A stretch of 64,000 bases of DNA from an uncultured Ignavibacteriales bacterium (GTDB lineage: Bacteria; Zixibacteria; MSB-5A5; GN15; JAAZOE01), in contig CAZSYD010000008.1 in assembly GCA_964611355.1 (NCBI GenBank), positions 1 through 64,000 on the forward strand, in the 5' to 3' direction. Position numbers and translations under genes: made by a program. The notes below the pieces were generated by a model. That model did not search any database. It was not told the origin of the DNA and saw only the letters and a list, made by a program, of their open reading frames with translations. This document shows positions 47,980-56,779 of this stretch, piece after piece. The first letter of the stretch is position 1; each line of letters starts with the position of its first letter.

Positions 47980-49884
47980 ATGGGTAACCTGTCGGGATGT
48001 CTGACTGCCAAACTGGCCGATAAGGATGAGAATTACTCAAAAAATCTGGTGGATGAAATCAATCGACGGGTAAAACCTCCTCGGCCGGTCGGGCCGGATG
48101 ACGTTTATATTCGGGCGATGTATATTGTCTCCGACCAGGTAAACGGCCAGGGGGGACGCTTTGCCGAGGAAGAACTGGACCGATTGGCCGAGCTTCTTGT
48201 CGATTCGCCGGTCATGGTCGGCCATAAACGCGACAGCCTGCCGGTGGCGCGTAATTTCAAAGCGGAAAAGGTAGTAATCGACGGCCGTACCTGGATACGA
48301 TCATATTTCTACTGGATGAAAGAAAGCGACGGCGCCGAAGATCTGAAAAACAATATCGACGGCGGTATCTACAAGGAATGTTCGATCAGTTTCCTGTTCA
48401 GGTTCCCGGAATGCTCCATCTGCGGTCAGGATATCCGGCAGTGCCGGCATATCCCTTTTCAGGAATACGAAGTTTCTCCGGGCAATAAGGAAATTGCGCA
48501 TTTCAAATATCGCCAAATTGAAAAAGTGCTGGAAACTTCGCTGGTCTTTCGCGGCTCCATTCCCGATACCCGCATTACCGACAAGTTGTCATCCACTGGA
48601 AACGATCAAAGCATAACCGAAACCGTGACCTCGGCGGCGTTATTTTCCAAGAGCGATGATGCAGCAGAACCAGGAGATCGTTCACGAAGCTTTGGAAGCG
48701 CCGTTTTGCATTTTGAGCAGTTTGAGGGTTTTCGAATTAACGAACGATCAGTCGGCCTTTTCATTTTCCCGTATCAGCCCGGGCTTGTAATCAGAGCGAG
48801 GAAAAAAGACAGCCGGGTTGAACTGGAATCGAAGCTATTGCTGCCGGAAACGGTCCGTTGTCATCTGGCTGAAGTGTTAACCGGCGTCAGGGTCGATTCG
48901 TTTATCGCCGATCTGCTGCTGTTTGCCACGCGCGGTAAAGAACGATTGAACGGTTTCGGGCTGATGCAGATAATTGAAACGGAAAAGAATCTTCATCGTC
49001 TGCGCCTGCGCTTCTGCGACCTGATTGAAGCCGATGGGCGCAATTTCATCAACGATCCCTATGAAGAAAGATTAGAGCGACTGGCGGATATTTTCGGCGA
49101 TTTAAAACTGGATAATATCGAAGTCTTGCGTCCTCGCAAGATCGGCGTCAAAGACCGTCAACCAAACCTGGATCAATCGGAAGTGAGCCGATACAGCTTT
49201 GGTCTTGAGGTAGTGGCCGAGAACGATGACGCAACCCTTAGCCGGTATATTCTCGGTCGTGACAGTCTGATTCCCGCGCATATTGAACGGATAAGCGTCA
49301 AAAGCCGGGAGCACCTCAACTGCACCGTCAGGCCAATAAGCGAAAAGGACAACCTCATCGGAATCGTATGCCCCAAAGCGGCCGGTATGGAAAAGGGAGT
49401 CATGGTACTGTTGCCTGGCGTGAAGTCTGTGGGCGGCAAACATTCGTCCGGCATAAAAATTATTGATCTTCTGCCCGGGACCGAGTCGATTGATATCGCC
49501 GCAATAACAAAGTGCGCTGACAGTAAAGGCGAGAAGCTTTACCTGGCGGAATCCGACAACCGGCTGATTCTTTGCTTCAAGTTGGACAGGCGGTGGCATA
49601 AAATAATCGTTTATCATTTTTCACAACGCCTGTTCCGGCTGGGAAGACGATTTATTGCTACTCTTGATATGGACGGAGATATCCCTGCCACGCGCTCTTC
49701 CATGCAACAAGCGCAACTGAAGTCTGTTAGTCGAACAGGCCGATTGACGCTTGTTCGATTAATGCGCGGATCATCTGTCTTTGGCGATACATCAGGATTA
49801 TGGCTGCGGCCGGTTTTGATTGACGGTCAGGAAAGATTTCTTTTTTACGCGGACGGCGTTACTCGTCATCAAGAAGGATTATGA
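47980..49884 (+). CDS. prohead-protease-like protein with CxxC..CxH motif fused to a degenerate DNA-ligase-like C-terminal region
   Basis: RBS GGAGG before ATG 47980 (ORF track start 47800); PVMVGH, IDGGIYKECSISF, CSICGQDIRQCRH, LETSLV; later FCDLIEADGRNFINDPYEERLERLADIF. Confidence 0.6.
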   Translation: MGNLSGCLTAKLADKDENYSKNLVDEINRRVKPPRPVGPDDVYIRAMYIVSDQVNGQGGRFAEEELDRLAELLVDSPVMVGHKRDSLPVARNFKAEKVVIDGRTWIRSYFYWMKESDGAEDLKNNIDGGIYKECSISFLFRFPECSICGQDIRQCRHIPFQEYEVSPGNKEIAHFKYRQIEKVLETSLVFRGSIPDTRITDKLSSTGNDQSITETVTSAALFSKSDDAAEPGDRSRSFGSAVLHFEQFEGFRINERSVGLFIFPYQPGLVIRARKKDSRVELESKLLLPETVRCHLAEVLTGVRVDSFIADLLLFATRGKERLNGFGLMQIIETEKNLHRLRLRFCDLIEADGRNFINDPYEERLERLADIFGDLKLDNIEVLRPRKIGVKDRQPNLDQSEVSRYSFGLEVVAENDDATLSRYILGRDSLIPAHIERISVKSREHLNCTVRPISEKDNLIGIVCPKAAGMEKGVMVLLPGVKSVGGKHSSGIKIIDLLPGTESIDIAAITKCADSKGEKLYLAESDNRLILCFKLDRRWHKIIVYHFSQRLFRLGRRFIATLDMDGDIPATRSSMQQAQLKSVSRTGRLTLVRLMRGSSVFGDTSGLWLRPVLIDGQERFLFYADGVTRHQEGL

Positions 49885-50542
49885 GCCGCCGGCTGCCTCC
49901 GCCCCGGGAGAGGAGCTTGACCAGTCCGACGTTGTCGGCATAATACTCATCGACGACCATCATTGTGTCGGGACTGGTTTCATTGAAAAAAAGACAGGAT
50001 TTGAAATAGTACGATTCGTAGGAATTGGTGGGCAGGACGATGTCGATTTTTCCCTCGAACGTCCGCTGCGTCAGGTAACCGTAATTAAGAAACAGCAGCG
50101 CGCTTTTCTCATCGTACTGCGGCGATATGACCGACCATGAGCTGCCGATAGCGTATTCGCGAGGCATGATGATCGGCGTGGGAGTATAGAAAAGAGTTTC
50201 CGGAGGGTTAACGTCATAACGGATCAGGCCGGTGTGCAGAACGCCCAGCGGATCGACGGTCAAAACGTCATGGGGAGTTCCGTCAACAGTCAGTTCGACC
50301 TGATTACCTTCGCCTTCGGTTATTTCAAGCGACAGGTCGGTAGTGTCAATTGTAACCGAGTAATCGGGGATATAGGTGACGATGCTGTCATAAATAACAT
50401 AGTGCAGGGTATGGTTCCGTTTCAGACCCAGCAGGTCGGCGCTATCAGGATAATCGACCACCGGAGGAGATTCGGAGGATTTGTCGCATCCGACCGCGAC
50501 AAAGATCATAATCAGAAATATGGCAATAGTAATCCTATACAT
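49859..50542 (-). CDS. lipoprotein of unknown function
   Basis: Lipobox VAVGC; C-terminal EYYADNVGLVK motif. Confidence 0.75.
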   Translation of the reverse strand: MYRITIAIFLIMIFVAVGCDKSSESPPVVDYPDSADLLGLKRNHTLHYVIYDSIVTYIPDYSVTIDTTDLSLEITEGEGNQVELTVDGTPHDVLTVDPLGVLHTGLIRYDVNPPETLFYTPTPIIMPREYAIGSSWSVISPQYDEKSALLFLNYGYLTQRTFEGKIDIVLPTNSYESYYFKSCLFFNETSPDTMMVVDEYYADNVGLVKLLSRGGGSRRLIILLDDE

Positions 50543-50613
50543 GACCTGTATCCTTTCACCGCAGTAAAATCGTTTTCAATAGGTTTGGTCAATATAAAAA
50601 AGGAGGAACAACA

Positions 50614-50931
50614 TTGAATAAATGGCGACAACTGGCGCCCAGGGTTCATTCGTTTCATACCGTATTGATGATTATAATTACCTTGGGTTATCTCCTGGCG
50701 ACGCATCTTTCCACGATCAGCAGCCTCAAGGCGGCCATCGCAGGTAAGGCGGACCGGTCGGAACTGGAACATCTCGACAAAAAACTAACAAGAATTGAGG
50801 TGAAGCTGGAGGAGGCGGTTATTACAAAGAATGAATTCAACCGCCTGCGCGAACATCTTGACCGGACCATAATGGAAGTCGCTCTCAGGTTTGAAGGCGG
50901 AAGAGAAAGGGACGCCGAACATGGAAAATAA
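50614..50931 (+). CDS. TM + coiled-coil protein (XhlA/holin-accessory-like)
   Basis: RBS AAGGAGG, TTG start; one TM followed by heptad repeats LDKKLTRIEVKLEE. Confidence 0.5.
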   Translation: MNKWRQLAPRVHSFHTVLMIIITLGYLLATHLSTISSLKAAIAGKADRSELEHLDKKLTRIEVKLEEAVITKNEFNRLREHLDRTIMEVALRFEGGRERDAEHGK

Positions 50932-51367
50932 ACTGCAGGAACTGGATCGGGCTTTGTGCGAATTCATTGCGATTCTTGATAATGACTCAGGGACAGATTC
51001 CACTGAAGACGGCGTGGGCCTTGACCATCCGCATACGGAATTGATTGATTTTGATCGTTTGCGCGGAATGCTGGATGAAACGATGGCGGCCTTGCGCGAC
51101 GCCTTGCAGCGCGAGCGGCAGGCGGAGGTCGTCAGGAAGTGGCTGATCTCGCGCATAACGGCAATGCGGCGGGGGAGAAAAGCGATCCTGTTGCAGCATC
51201 ACGCCGGTGATGTTTCCACACCCATGCCGGAAGCGACGCTGCCGGAGCTTTTACGCCTGTTCGAAGATGAATCGGCCGGATTGCGGAGGCTGTCTCCGAC
51301 TGAAAAGTCTTTACCCGGAATTACGTCCGAATATAAGAGGAATAAGTATCTGCCATATAAATCTTAA
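50921..51367 (+). CDS. helical hypothetical protein in the scaffold-gene position
   Basis: Predicted helical, directly upstream of decoration and capsid genes; ATG 50921 overlaps the previous gene. Confidence 0.5.
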   Translation: MENKLQELDRALCEFIAILDNDSGTDSTEDGVGLDHPHTELIDFDRLRGMLDETMAALRDALQRERQAEVVRKWLISRITAMRRGRKAILLQHHAGDVSTPMPEATLPELLRLFEDESAGLRRLSPTEKSLPGITSEYKRNKYLPYKS

Positions 51368-51441
51368 CCCCGGATGAGGGAGTTATTCCCGGCCGGAGTT
51401 TTTATTAACGGGCCGGTCCGGATCAAACGAAAGGAGTCAAT

Positions 51442-51864
51442 GTGACTGTCAGATCACAAAACCTGGAGACGATAAATCCCGTTTACGCAACCTTCAGTAT
51501 TCACCAGACCGAAAACGTCGATGACCTCAAGGATACCAATATCGGCGAGCCGGTCGGCCTGACGGGCGACTATGAAGTCGGGCGCACTTCAGCCGGTTCG
51601 ATATTGCTCGGCAAACTGGTGGCGCTGACTTTGACCGACGCTGATGACGGCCAGAGACTGGCTACGGTTCAGATCGGCGGTATTTGTACGCTGCCGATTT
51701 CGGCGACCAATCCGGCCGTTGGCGACCGCGTTGTCGGTGGAACGCCCGGCACGGTAAAGCAGGCTCCGGCTTTGACCGGCAACGATCCGGCTGGCGGCAA
51801 CGTCGCGCGCGGGACGGTTATTGCCGTTAGCGGCACGACCGAGTGTACGCTCATTTTCAACTAA
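51442..51864 (+). CDS. capsid decoration/cement-like protein
   Basis: RBS AAGGAG; small G-rich beta protein (GEPVGL, ATVQIGG, VGDRVVG..GTVK) immediately before the MCP. Confidence 0.6.
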   Translation: MTVRSQNLETINPVYATFSIHQTENVDDLKDTNIGEPVGLTGDYEVGRTSAGSILLGKLVALTLTDADDGQRLATVQIGGICTLPISATNPAVGDRVVGGTPGTVKQAPALTGNDPAGGNVARGTVIAVSGTTECTLIFN

Positions 51865-51882
51865 ACAAAAAAAGGAGATATA

Positions 51883-52989
51883 ATGAATCCTGATAGATTT
51901 TTTTCCAGTCCGTTCGGCGTCGGGCTTTTGAAAATGGCGGAAGCGGAACCGGAAAGATCGGGACCGATTGATCTTTCGCGGGCGTCGGAACTGGAAATCG
52001 ATCGCGAGACCTACATGGAGGCGCAGTCGCGGGGAATGACCCTCAGCGAGCTTCTGGAAGCCGACGAGTACGATCCTTCACCCGTCGGCTGCCCGCTGGA
52101 CGCCTTTGAACGCCAGTTGGCCGTAAGCGGCATTCGCGTCGGCGGCAAAAACAGCAGCGCCGTCGATCTTTTCTATAAGAATGCGCCGGCGCTTCTGCCG
52201 GAGTTTATCCTGCGCGAAGTGCGCAAGGGGCAGAAGATGCGTCCGGAGTTGGATCGCCTGCTTTCCGGCAGCACCGTCATTCAGAGCAACCGATACACTC
52301 CGTTTTTCATCGACACCTCCGATACCGATAAGTTTTCACTGCGACCGGTCGGGGAAGGGGCCGAGATTCCCGGCCTGACCGTTACGGAACAGAAACATTC
52401 GATTAACATTCGCGATTACGGCTTGTCCCTGAAAACATCTTACAAGACGCTGCGGCATCGTTCGACGGCCCAGTTCAAGGTACTTTTATGGTACATCGGC
52501 TTTCGATTGCAGACCGACAAAATCGCCCTGGTGGTCGACACCATCGTCAACGGCGACGGCAACGAAAACGGCGCATCGGTGATAAACTCAGCCGTGAGCG
52601 GAACGCTGGACTACGCCGACCTGATCAAACTATGGGCGGAGTTTTCGCCGTTTGAAATGAACCATATCATCTGCCACATCAATACCCTGAAGACCATCCT
52701 GACGCTGAGCGAGTTCAAGGACCCGCTGGCCGGGTATCGTTTCGGACGCACGGGGGAACTGTTCACGCCGCTGGGAGCGGCCCTGGTTCGCTGCGACGAC
52801 GTCGCAACTGATCATGTTATCGGTCTCGATTCCCGCTTTGCCGTCGAAGAAGTTGTCAGCCAGCCGTTGATGGTTGAGTTTGACAAAATCATCGAAGCCA
52901 AGTTCGAGGAAGCGGTGATTTCGGAATCGGTATCTTATGCCAAGGTGGTCAAGGAAGCCTCGGTTATTCTCGATTACAACTACTCGTAA
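51883..52989 (+). CDS. phage major capsid protein (HK97-fold likely)
   Basis: RBS AAGGAG; 368 aa; LLPEFILREVR, VGEGAEIP E-loop motif, KTSY, IVNGDGN, C-terminal beta strands. Confidence 0.8.
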   Translation: MNPDRFFSSPFGVGLLKMAEAEPERSGPIDLSRASELEIDRETYMEAQSRGMTLSELLEADEYDPSPVGCPLDAFERQLAVSGIRVGGKNSSAVDLFYKNAPALLPEFILREVRKGQKMRPELDRLLSGSTVIQSNRYTPFFIDTSDTDKFSLRPVGEGAEIPGLTVTEQKHSINIRDYGLSLKTSYKTLRHRSTAQFKVLLWYIGFRLQTDKIALVVDTIVNGDGNENGASVINSAVSGTLDYADLIKLWAEFSPFEMNHIICHINTLKTILTLSEFKDPLAGYRFGRTGELFTPLGAALVRCDDVATDHVIGLDSRFAVEEVVSQPLMVEFDKIIEAKFEEAVISESVSYAKVVKEASVILDYNYS

Positions 52990-52996
52990 ACAAGTT

Positions 52997-53022
52997 GGGC
53001 CCGGCCTCCTGTGGTCGGGCCC
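52997..53022 (+). terminator. GC-rich hairpin after the capsid gene (attenuator or mRNA stabiliser)
   Basis: GGGCCCGGCC-tcctgt-GGTCGGGCCC, short T tail. Confidence 0.45.
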
Positions 53023-53037
53023 GTTTCAGAGGAGACG

Positions 53038-54450
53038 ATGAATAAGTTTATTGCCAACAGCACCGCCGACAGCCCGCTGGGAATACCGCCCGGAAGAAAA
53101 TGCCTGATTGTTCCGAGCGGCCGGTATGCCGGTCGGGCAGCCATCCTTTACGCCGACTCGCCTTCAACTATCAAGCTGGTCCGGGCCGACCCGCCGTTTG
53201 CGAATTTCTCCACGCCGTCTGATGTCGTTACCGACTCTGCCGACACGCCCTTTGACGCCCACATGAACAGCGGCGGCGACATTTACATTGCATACATTGA
53301 AACGTCAACCAACGATTTGAAGTTCGTCAAGCTGACCTTTGACGGGGGAGCATGGCTGGTCGGCGCTCCCGTGACCGTTTACAACGACGGCGACAGTTCC
53401 TATCCCTGTATTTGCAAACTCTCAACCGGTCGGTTATGGATTGCCTACACCCGACTGTCGGGCGGTAATTATTATATCAGTGCCAAGGTTTCAATCGACG
53501 ACGGAGAGACCTGGACGATGGCTTCCGATCCCGGCGACACCCTGACATCAGGCGACGATTCCGCTTACTGCAAAATGGTGGAAAGGAATCAATACCAGTT
53601 CGTTTCCTACAGCGAGGGAGGCGATAAGATCGCCTATCGGTCCAAGACGATCAGCGCGGTTATCTGGGGCAGCGAAGTTGTCCTCGCCTCAGAGGGCGGT
53701 TACGATGAAAACCTTACTGCCGCGGTAAGTTCCGACGGACGGATCGGTGTAGCTTACGTCTCTGCGACCGGGTTGAAATTCAGGGAATATAACGGGTCGT
53801 ACTGGTCCGGGGAAGCGACGCTTGACAGCAACACCGTGGCCTGGCCGGTGGTGTCGTATCAGGGCGGTGAGGCGTACGTGCTATACACTCGCAGCCGGGG
53901 CGCCAATATGAACCAGGCTTTCTATACCAAAAAGGAAAACGACAGTTTTTCCTCGCCGGAACCGCTGGACGTCAGAAAGGCGGATTTGAAGAAGCTTTTG
54001 CTCTATAACGCTTCCAGCGGGAGTTACGAGGACAAGACAGATGAAGCGGCTTCATCCGAAACGGCCGATGTTTTCCACTCGGCCTCGAATGCGCTGCTTT
54101 CCGCGGTTGGCGATGCGCTGTTTATCGGTATAGATGAGCCGTTCAACTATCTTCATTTGCTGTTGTCCACTACCGGAGCCGGCGGCGAAGTCAACTGGAA
54201 GTACTGGGACGGCCAGACATGGAAAGCGTTTACGCCCGTTTCCGGAACGTGGCACTTCGCCGCGGCTGAACATGACCTGCTTTTATGGAGCGACTTCGAT
54301 TCAATCCCGGACGACTGGCAGAAAAAAACAATTTCCGAAAGCAGTTGTTACTGGATTGTCGCAACGGTAACGTCGGCCTTCACGACGGCGCCGGTCGGTT
54401 CCCGCATTAACGCTATTTCCAACCTTAAAGCAATATCGGCACAGGTGTAA
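53038..54450 (+). CDS. beta-propeller (BNR/Asp-box) protein with a C-terminal beta-sandwich domain
   Basis: RBS GAGGAG before ATG 53038; SIDDGETW Asp-box; repeated IYIAY/LWIAY/IGVAY blades; no signal peptide. Confidence 0.6.
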   Translation: MNKFIANSTADSPLGIPPGRKCLIVPSGRYAGRAAILYADSPSTIKLVRADPPFANFSTPSDVVTDSADTPFDAHMNSGGDIYIAYIETSTNDLKFVKLTFDGGAWLVGAPVTVYNDGDSSYPCICKLSTGRLWIAYTRLSGGNYYISAKVSIDDGETWTMASDPGDTLTSGDDSAYCKMVERNQYQFVSYSEGGDKIAYRSKTISAVIWGSEVVLASEGGYDENLTAAVSSDGRIGVAYVSATGLKFREYNGSYWSGEATLDSNTVAWPVVSYQGGEAYVLYTRSRGANMNQAFYTKKENDSFSSPEPLDVRKADLKKLLLYNASSGSYEDKTDEAASSETADVFHSASNALLSAVGDALFIGIDEPFNYLHLLLSTTGAGGEVNWKYWDGQTWKAFTPVSGTWHFAAAEHDLLLWSDFDSIPDDWQKKTISESSCYWIVATVTSAFTTAPVGSRINAISNLKAISAQV

Positions 54451-54452
54451 AT

Positions 54453-55265
54453 ATGGGTTTAACCAGCATAAGCCAGGTGCGCAATCATCTCAACCGGATA
54501 AATCTCGGCGAAGGCGAGATCCGTAACCACGCCGTACGGCTTACTTCGGAAAGTTATGTCAACCTGCCGCACGGGCATATTGTAACCGGTTCGGAGACGG
54601 TTAAAGCGGTCGAAAATGATATTCCTTATTCGGAGATTATCGCCCTCGATTCAAGCCCGGTATCGCTGACTTATTCCAGGCTTGTTTCGGGCACAGTTGT
54701 CTGCGCCGGCGACAGCTCGCTTTCGAAGATATATCAGGAAAACATCGATTTTTCGGTGGATTATGGCGAGGGGACGGTGGCGCGGATTGACGGCGGGGGT
54801 ATCGAAGCGGGATGCGACGTGAGCATCTGGTATCTGTATTATCGCGTTTACCAGCGAGGCGTCGATTATCTTTTCGATTATGATCGGGGTCGTACCCGGC
54901 GGATCGCAACCGGCGCCATCGAAGAAGGCCAGGAGATAGCGGTTGATTATCAACTGGGAGATTCAGAATTCTCCGACGCCGAAATAGAACAGGGCATCAC
55001 CGAAGCGGAAGCCGAGATTGCGAGGCTGATCCACCCGGATTACCGTGAATCAACCGATCCGGCTCTTCAGACGGCCGCCACTTGTTTGACTTTGTCGGTT
55101 TTATGTCGAAATGCGGCCGGGATGGCTGTCTCCGGCGGATCGCCAGGCGACCGCAGCCTGTCGGGCTGGATGGAGCTGTCGGATTCGTACCGGCAGACGG
55201 CGGTTCGGCTGCTGAGCTGGTTTCGCCGTGAGACGTCAGGACTTCGGACTCCGCGATTGTCATAG
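54453..55265 (+). CDS. head-completion/adaptor-like protein with inserted beta-repeat domains
   Basis: N-terminal LTSISQVRNHL and C-terminal SDAEIEQGITEAEAEI...LQTAATCL resemble gp6/gp15 adaptors; two Y...DY..DY..G...R...G.I..G..V..Y repeats. Confidence 0.5.
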   Translation: MGLTSISQVRNHLNRINLGEGEIRNHAVRLTSESYVNLPHGHIVTGSETVKAVENDIPYSEIIALDSSPVSLTYSRLVSGTVVCAGDSSLSKIYQENIDFSVDYGEGTVARIDGGGIEAGCDVSIWYLYYRVYQRGVDYLFDYDRGRTRRIATGAIEEGQEIAVDYQLGDSEFSDAEIEQGITEAEAEIARLIHPDYRESTDPALQTAATCLTLSVLCRNAAGMAVSGGSPGDRSLSGWMELSDSYRQTAVRLLSWFRRETSGLRTPRLS

Positions 55266-55279
55266 AGGGGAATATGTAA

Positions 55280-55654
55280 ATGAATACGACATTGTCATAT
55301 CTGCGCGGGCGGCGGGCCTGGCTGGTTGATGGGCTGACCGTGTGGGGGGCGGAAAGCGAAGCGGAAATTTTGATGGCTGCTATGGAGACGATCGGCTCCG
55401 ATAATCGCGTCTGCTTCTGGCAGATTTCCCTGGGAGGGCATCGGCAGGAGGTGACCTTTGCCGATTTGATCGACAATCGGGGCAATCATCTACCCGAGCA
55501 GATAAAAAAGCCGACGGTGATAATCGTTCCCCGCGAAAGCAGTAGCGCTTATGTCAAAGCCGTCCGGGGCGAGGCTGGCTTTATAGTCGCCAAAAGCGAC
55601 ACCGATGGCAAATCGGTAGTGGTTGATCTGTTAATTTTTGAGACCGGGTTGTAG
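55280..55654 (+). CDS. hypothetical protein
   Basis: RBS GAGGGG; co-oriented in the cluster. Confidence 0.6.
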   Translation: MNTTLSYLRGRRAWLVDGLTVWGAESEAEILMAAMETIGSDNRVCFWQISLGGHRQEVTFADLIDNRGNHLPEQIKKPTVIIVPRESSSAYVKAVRGEAGFIVAKSDTDGKSVVVDLLIFETGL

Positions 55655-55659
55655 AGCGG

Positions 55660-55917
55660 GTGGCGAAAAGACAGAAGAAAAAACCGGCGGCCCCAAAGGC
55701 CGCGGGAGGGAAACGGTTCTCTTCGGATATGGAGTTGCTTGAATATCTGAAGGATACCATCGTTTCCCAAATCGAGAAGGGAACCATAAGCCTGAAAGTG
55801 GGTGATCTTTTGAAAATACTGGAGATTCAGAAAAAACTGTCCTCCGACACCAGCGCCGAAGAGAAGTTCTGGGAGATTATTGAACAGATTCGGCAGACGG
55901 AATTGAAGGACGAATGA
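55660..55917 (+). CDS. small basic/helical hypothetical protein (possible small-terminase-like)
   Basis: K-rich N-terminus, KVGDLLKILEIQKKL helix; function is inference only. Confidence 0.5.
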   Translation: MAKRQKKKPAAPKAAGGKRFSSDMELLEYLKDTIVSQIEKGTISLKVGDLLKILEIQKKLSSDTSAEEKFWEIIEQIRQTELKDE

Positions 55918-55960
55918 GGGCGTCAACACATCACGCGCCAATAGCTGATTTGGCGGCACA

Positions 55961-56779
55961 ATGAAAAGGCTGTTTCCGATACTGGTTTTTCTGTTTTCTT
56001 CGACTGTCCTGGGCGGGAGTTATACAATTTCTTCACCCGGGGCGACAGACTGTCGGGCGACGTTTATCAATGGCCGCTCAGGCAAGTCGCTGACCAACTT
56101 CGGCCAGGTGAACTTCGTTCGTTCCGGTTATTATTACGGAGAAATCCGGGGACTGATTGATTTTGAGGCTCTGGCCGATTCCATGCGACAGGTCGTTAAT
56201 GACAGCGGGTCGGTGACCTGGGACAGCGCCATAGTTGGACTAACCCATTACAATGTTACGGCTCCCGACGACAGTATATATGTTTCCGTTTATAAGGTAA
56301 TACGCATGTGGGAAGAGGGGTTGGGCGACGGCGCACTGGGTTCCGGCAAAGATACGTGCGGTGCCTGCTGGGACAGCGCCAACGCTGCGGGGTATTCCGG
56401 TTGTTCCGGTACGGCAGCCGACTGGGGAACCGACGGCTGTGATAATACCGGCAATGACCGTTCTTCGACGAGGGAAACATTCGGCTCGCACGCCGATTCA
56501 ATTTTAATACACGACGGCATATCTACGGGGACACCGGTTGATTTTTATATCTCCGGCTCAACCGTAACCGATACGTTGGGAGAGGGGCTTATTTTTATCC
56601 CCGTCGATTACGGCGACCCTTCTCCACCAACCAACAATCCCTGCATAGCGACATTTTACTCCGACGATTATACAACCATTGCATCACGCCAGCCAAAGAT
56701 AACCGTTTACTATACTCCAACCGGCGGCGGCGAAGAACCCCGCCGACGCAGGCGAATGTTGTCGGGAGGCTCACAATGA
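55961..56779 (+). CDS. secreted DNRLRE/TGF-beta-propeptide-like domain protein
   Basis: Signal peptide; TNFG, RGLIDF, WDSAIVGL, YKVIRMWEEG, FYSDD...QPKITVYY; C-terminal RRRRR. Confidence 0.6.
   Translation: MKRLFPILVFLFSSTVLGGSYTISSPGATDCRATFINGRSGKSLTNFGQVNFVRSGYYYGEIRGLIDFEALADSMRQVVNDSGSVTWDSAIVGLTHYNVTAPDDSIYVSVYKVIRMWEEGLGDGALGSGKDTCGACWDSANAAGYSGCSGTAADWGTDGCDNTGNDRSSTRETFGSHADSILIHDGISTGTPVDFYISGSTVTDTLGEGLIFIPVDYGDPSPPTNNPCIATFYSDDYTTIASRQPKITVYYTPTGGGEEPRRRRRMLSGGSQ

Noticed and set aside
51440..51445. ATG-TGA minigene overlapping the GTG start of the decoration gene
   Set aside because: Only 3 nt from the RBS and easily explained by chance
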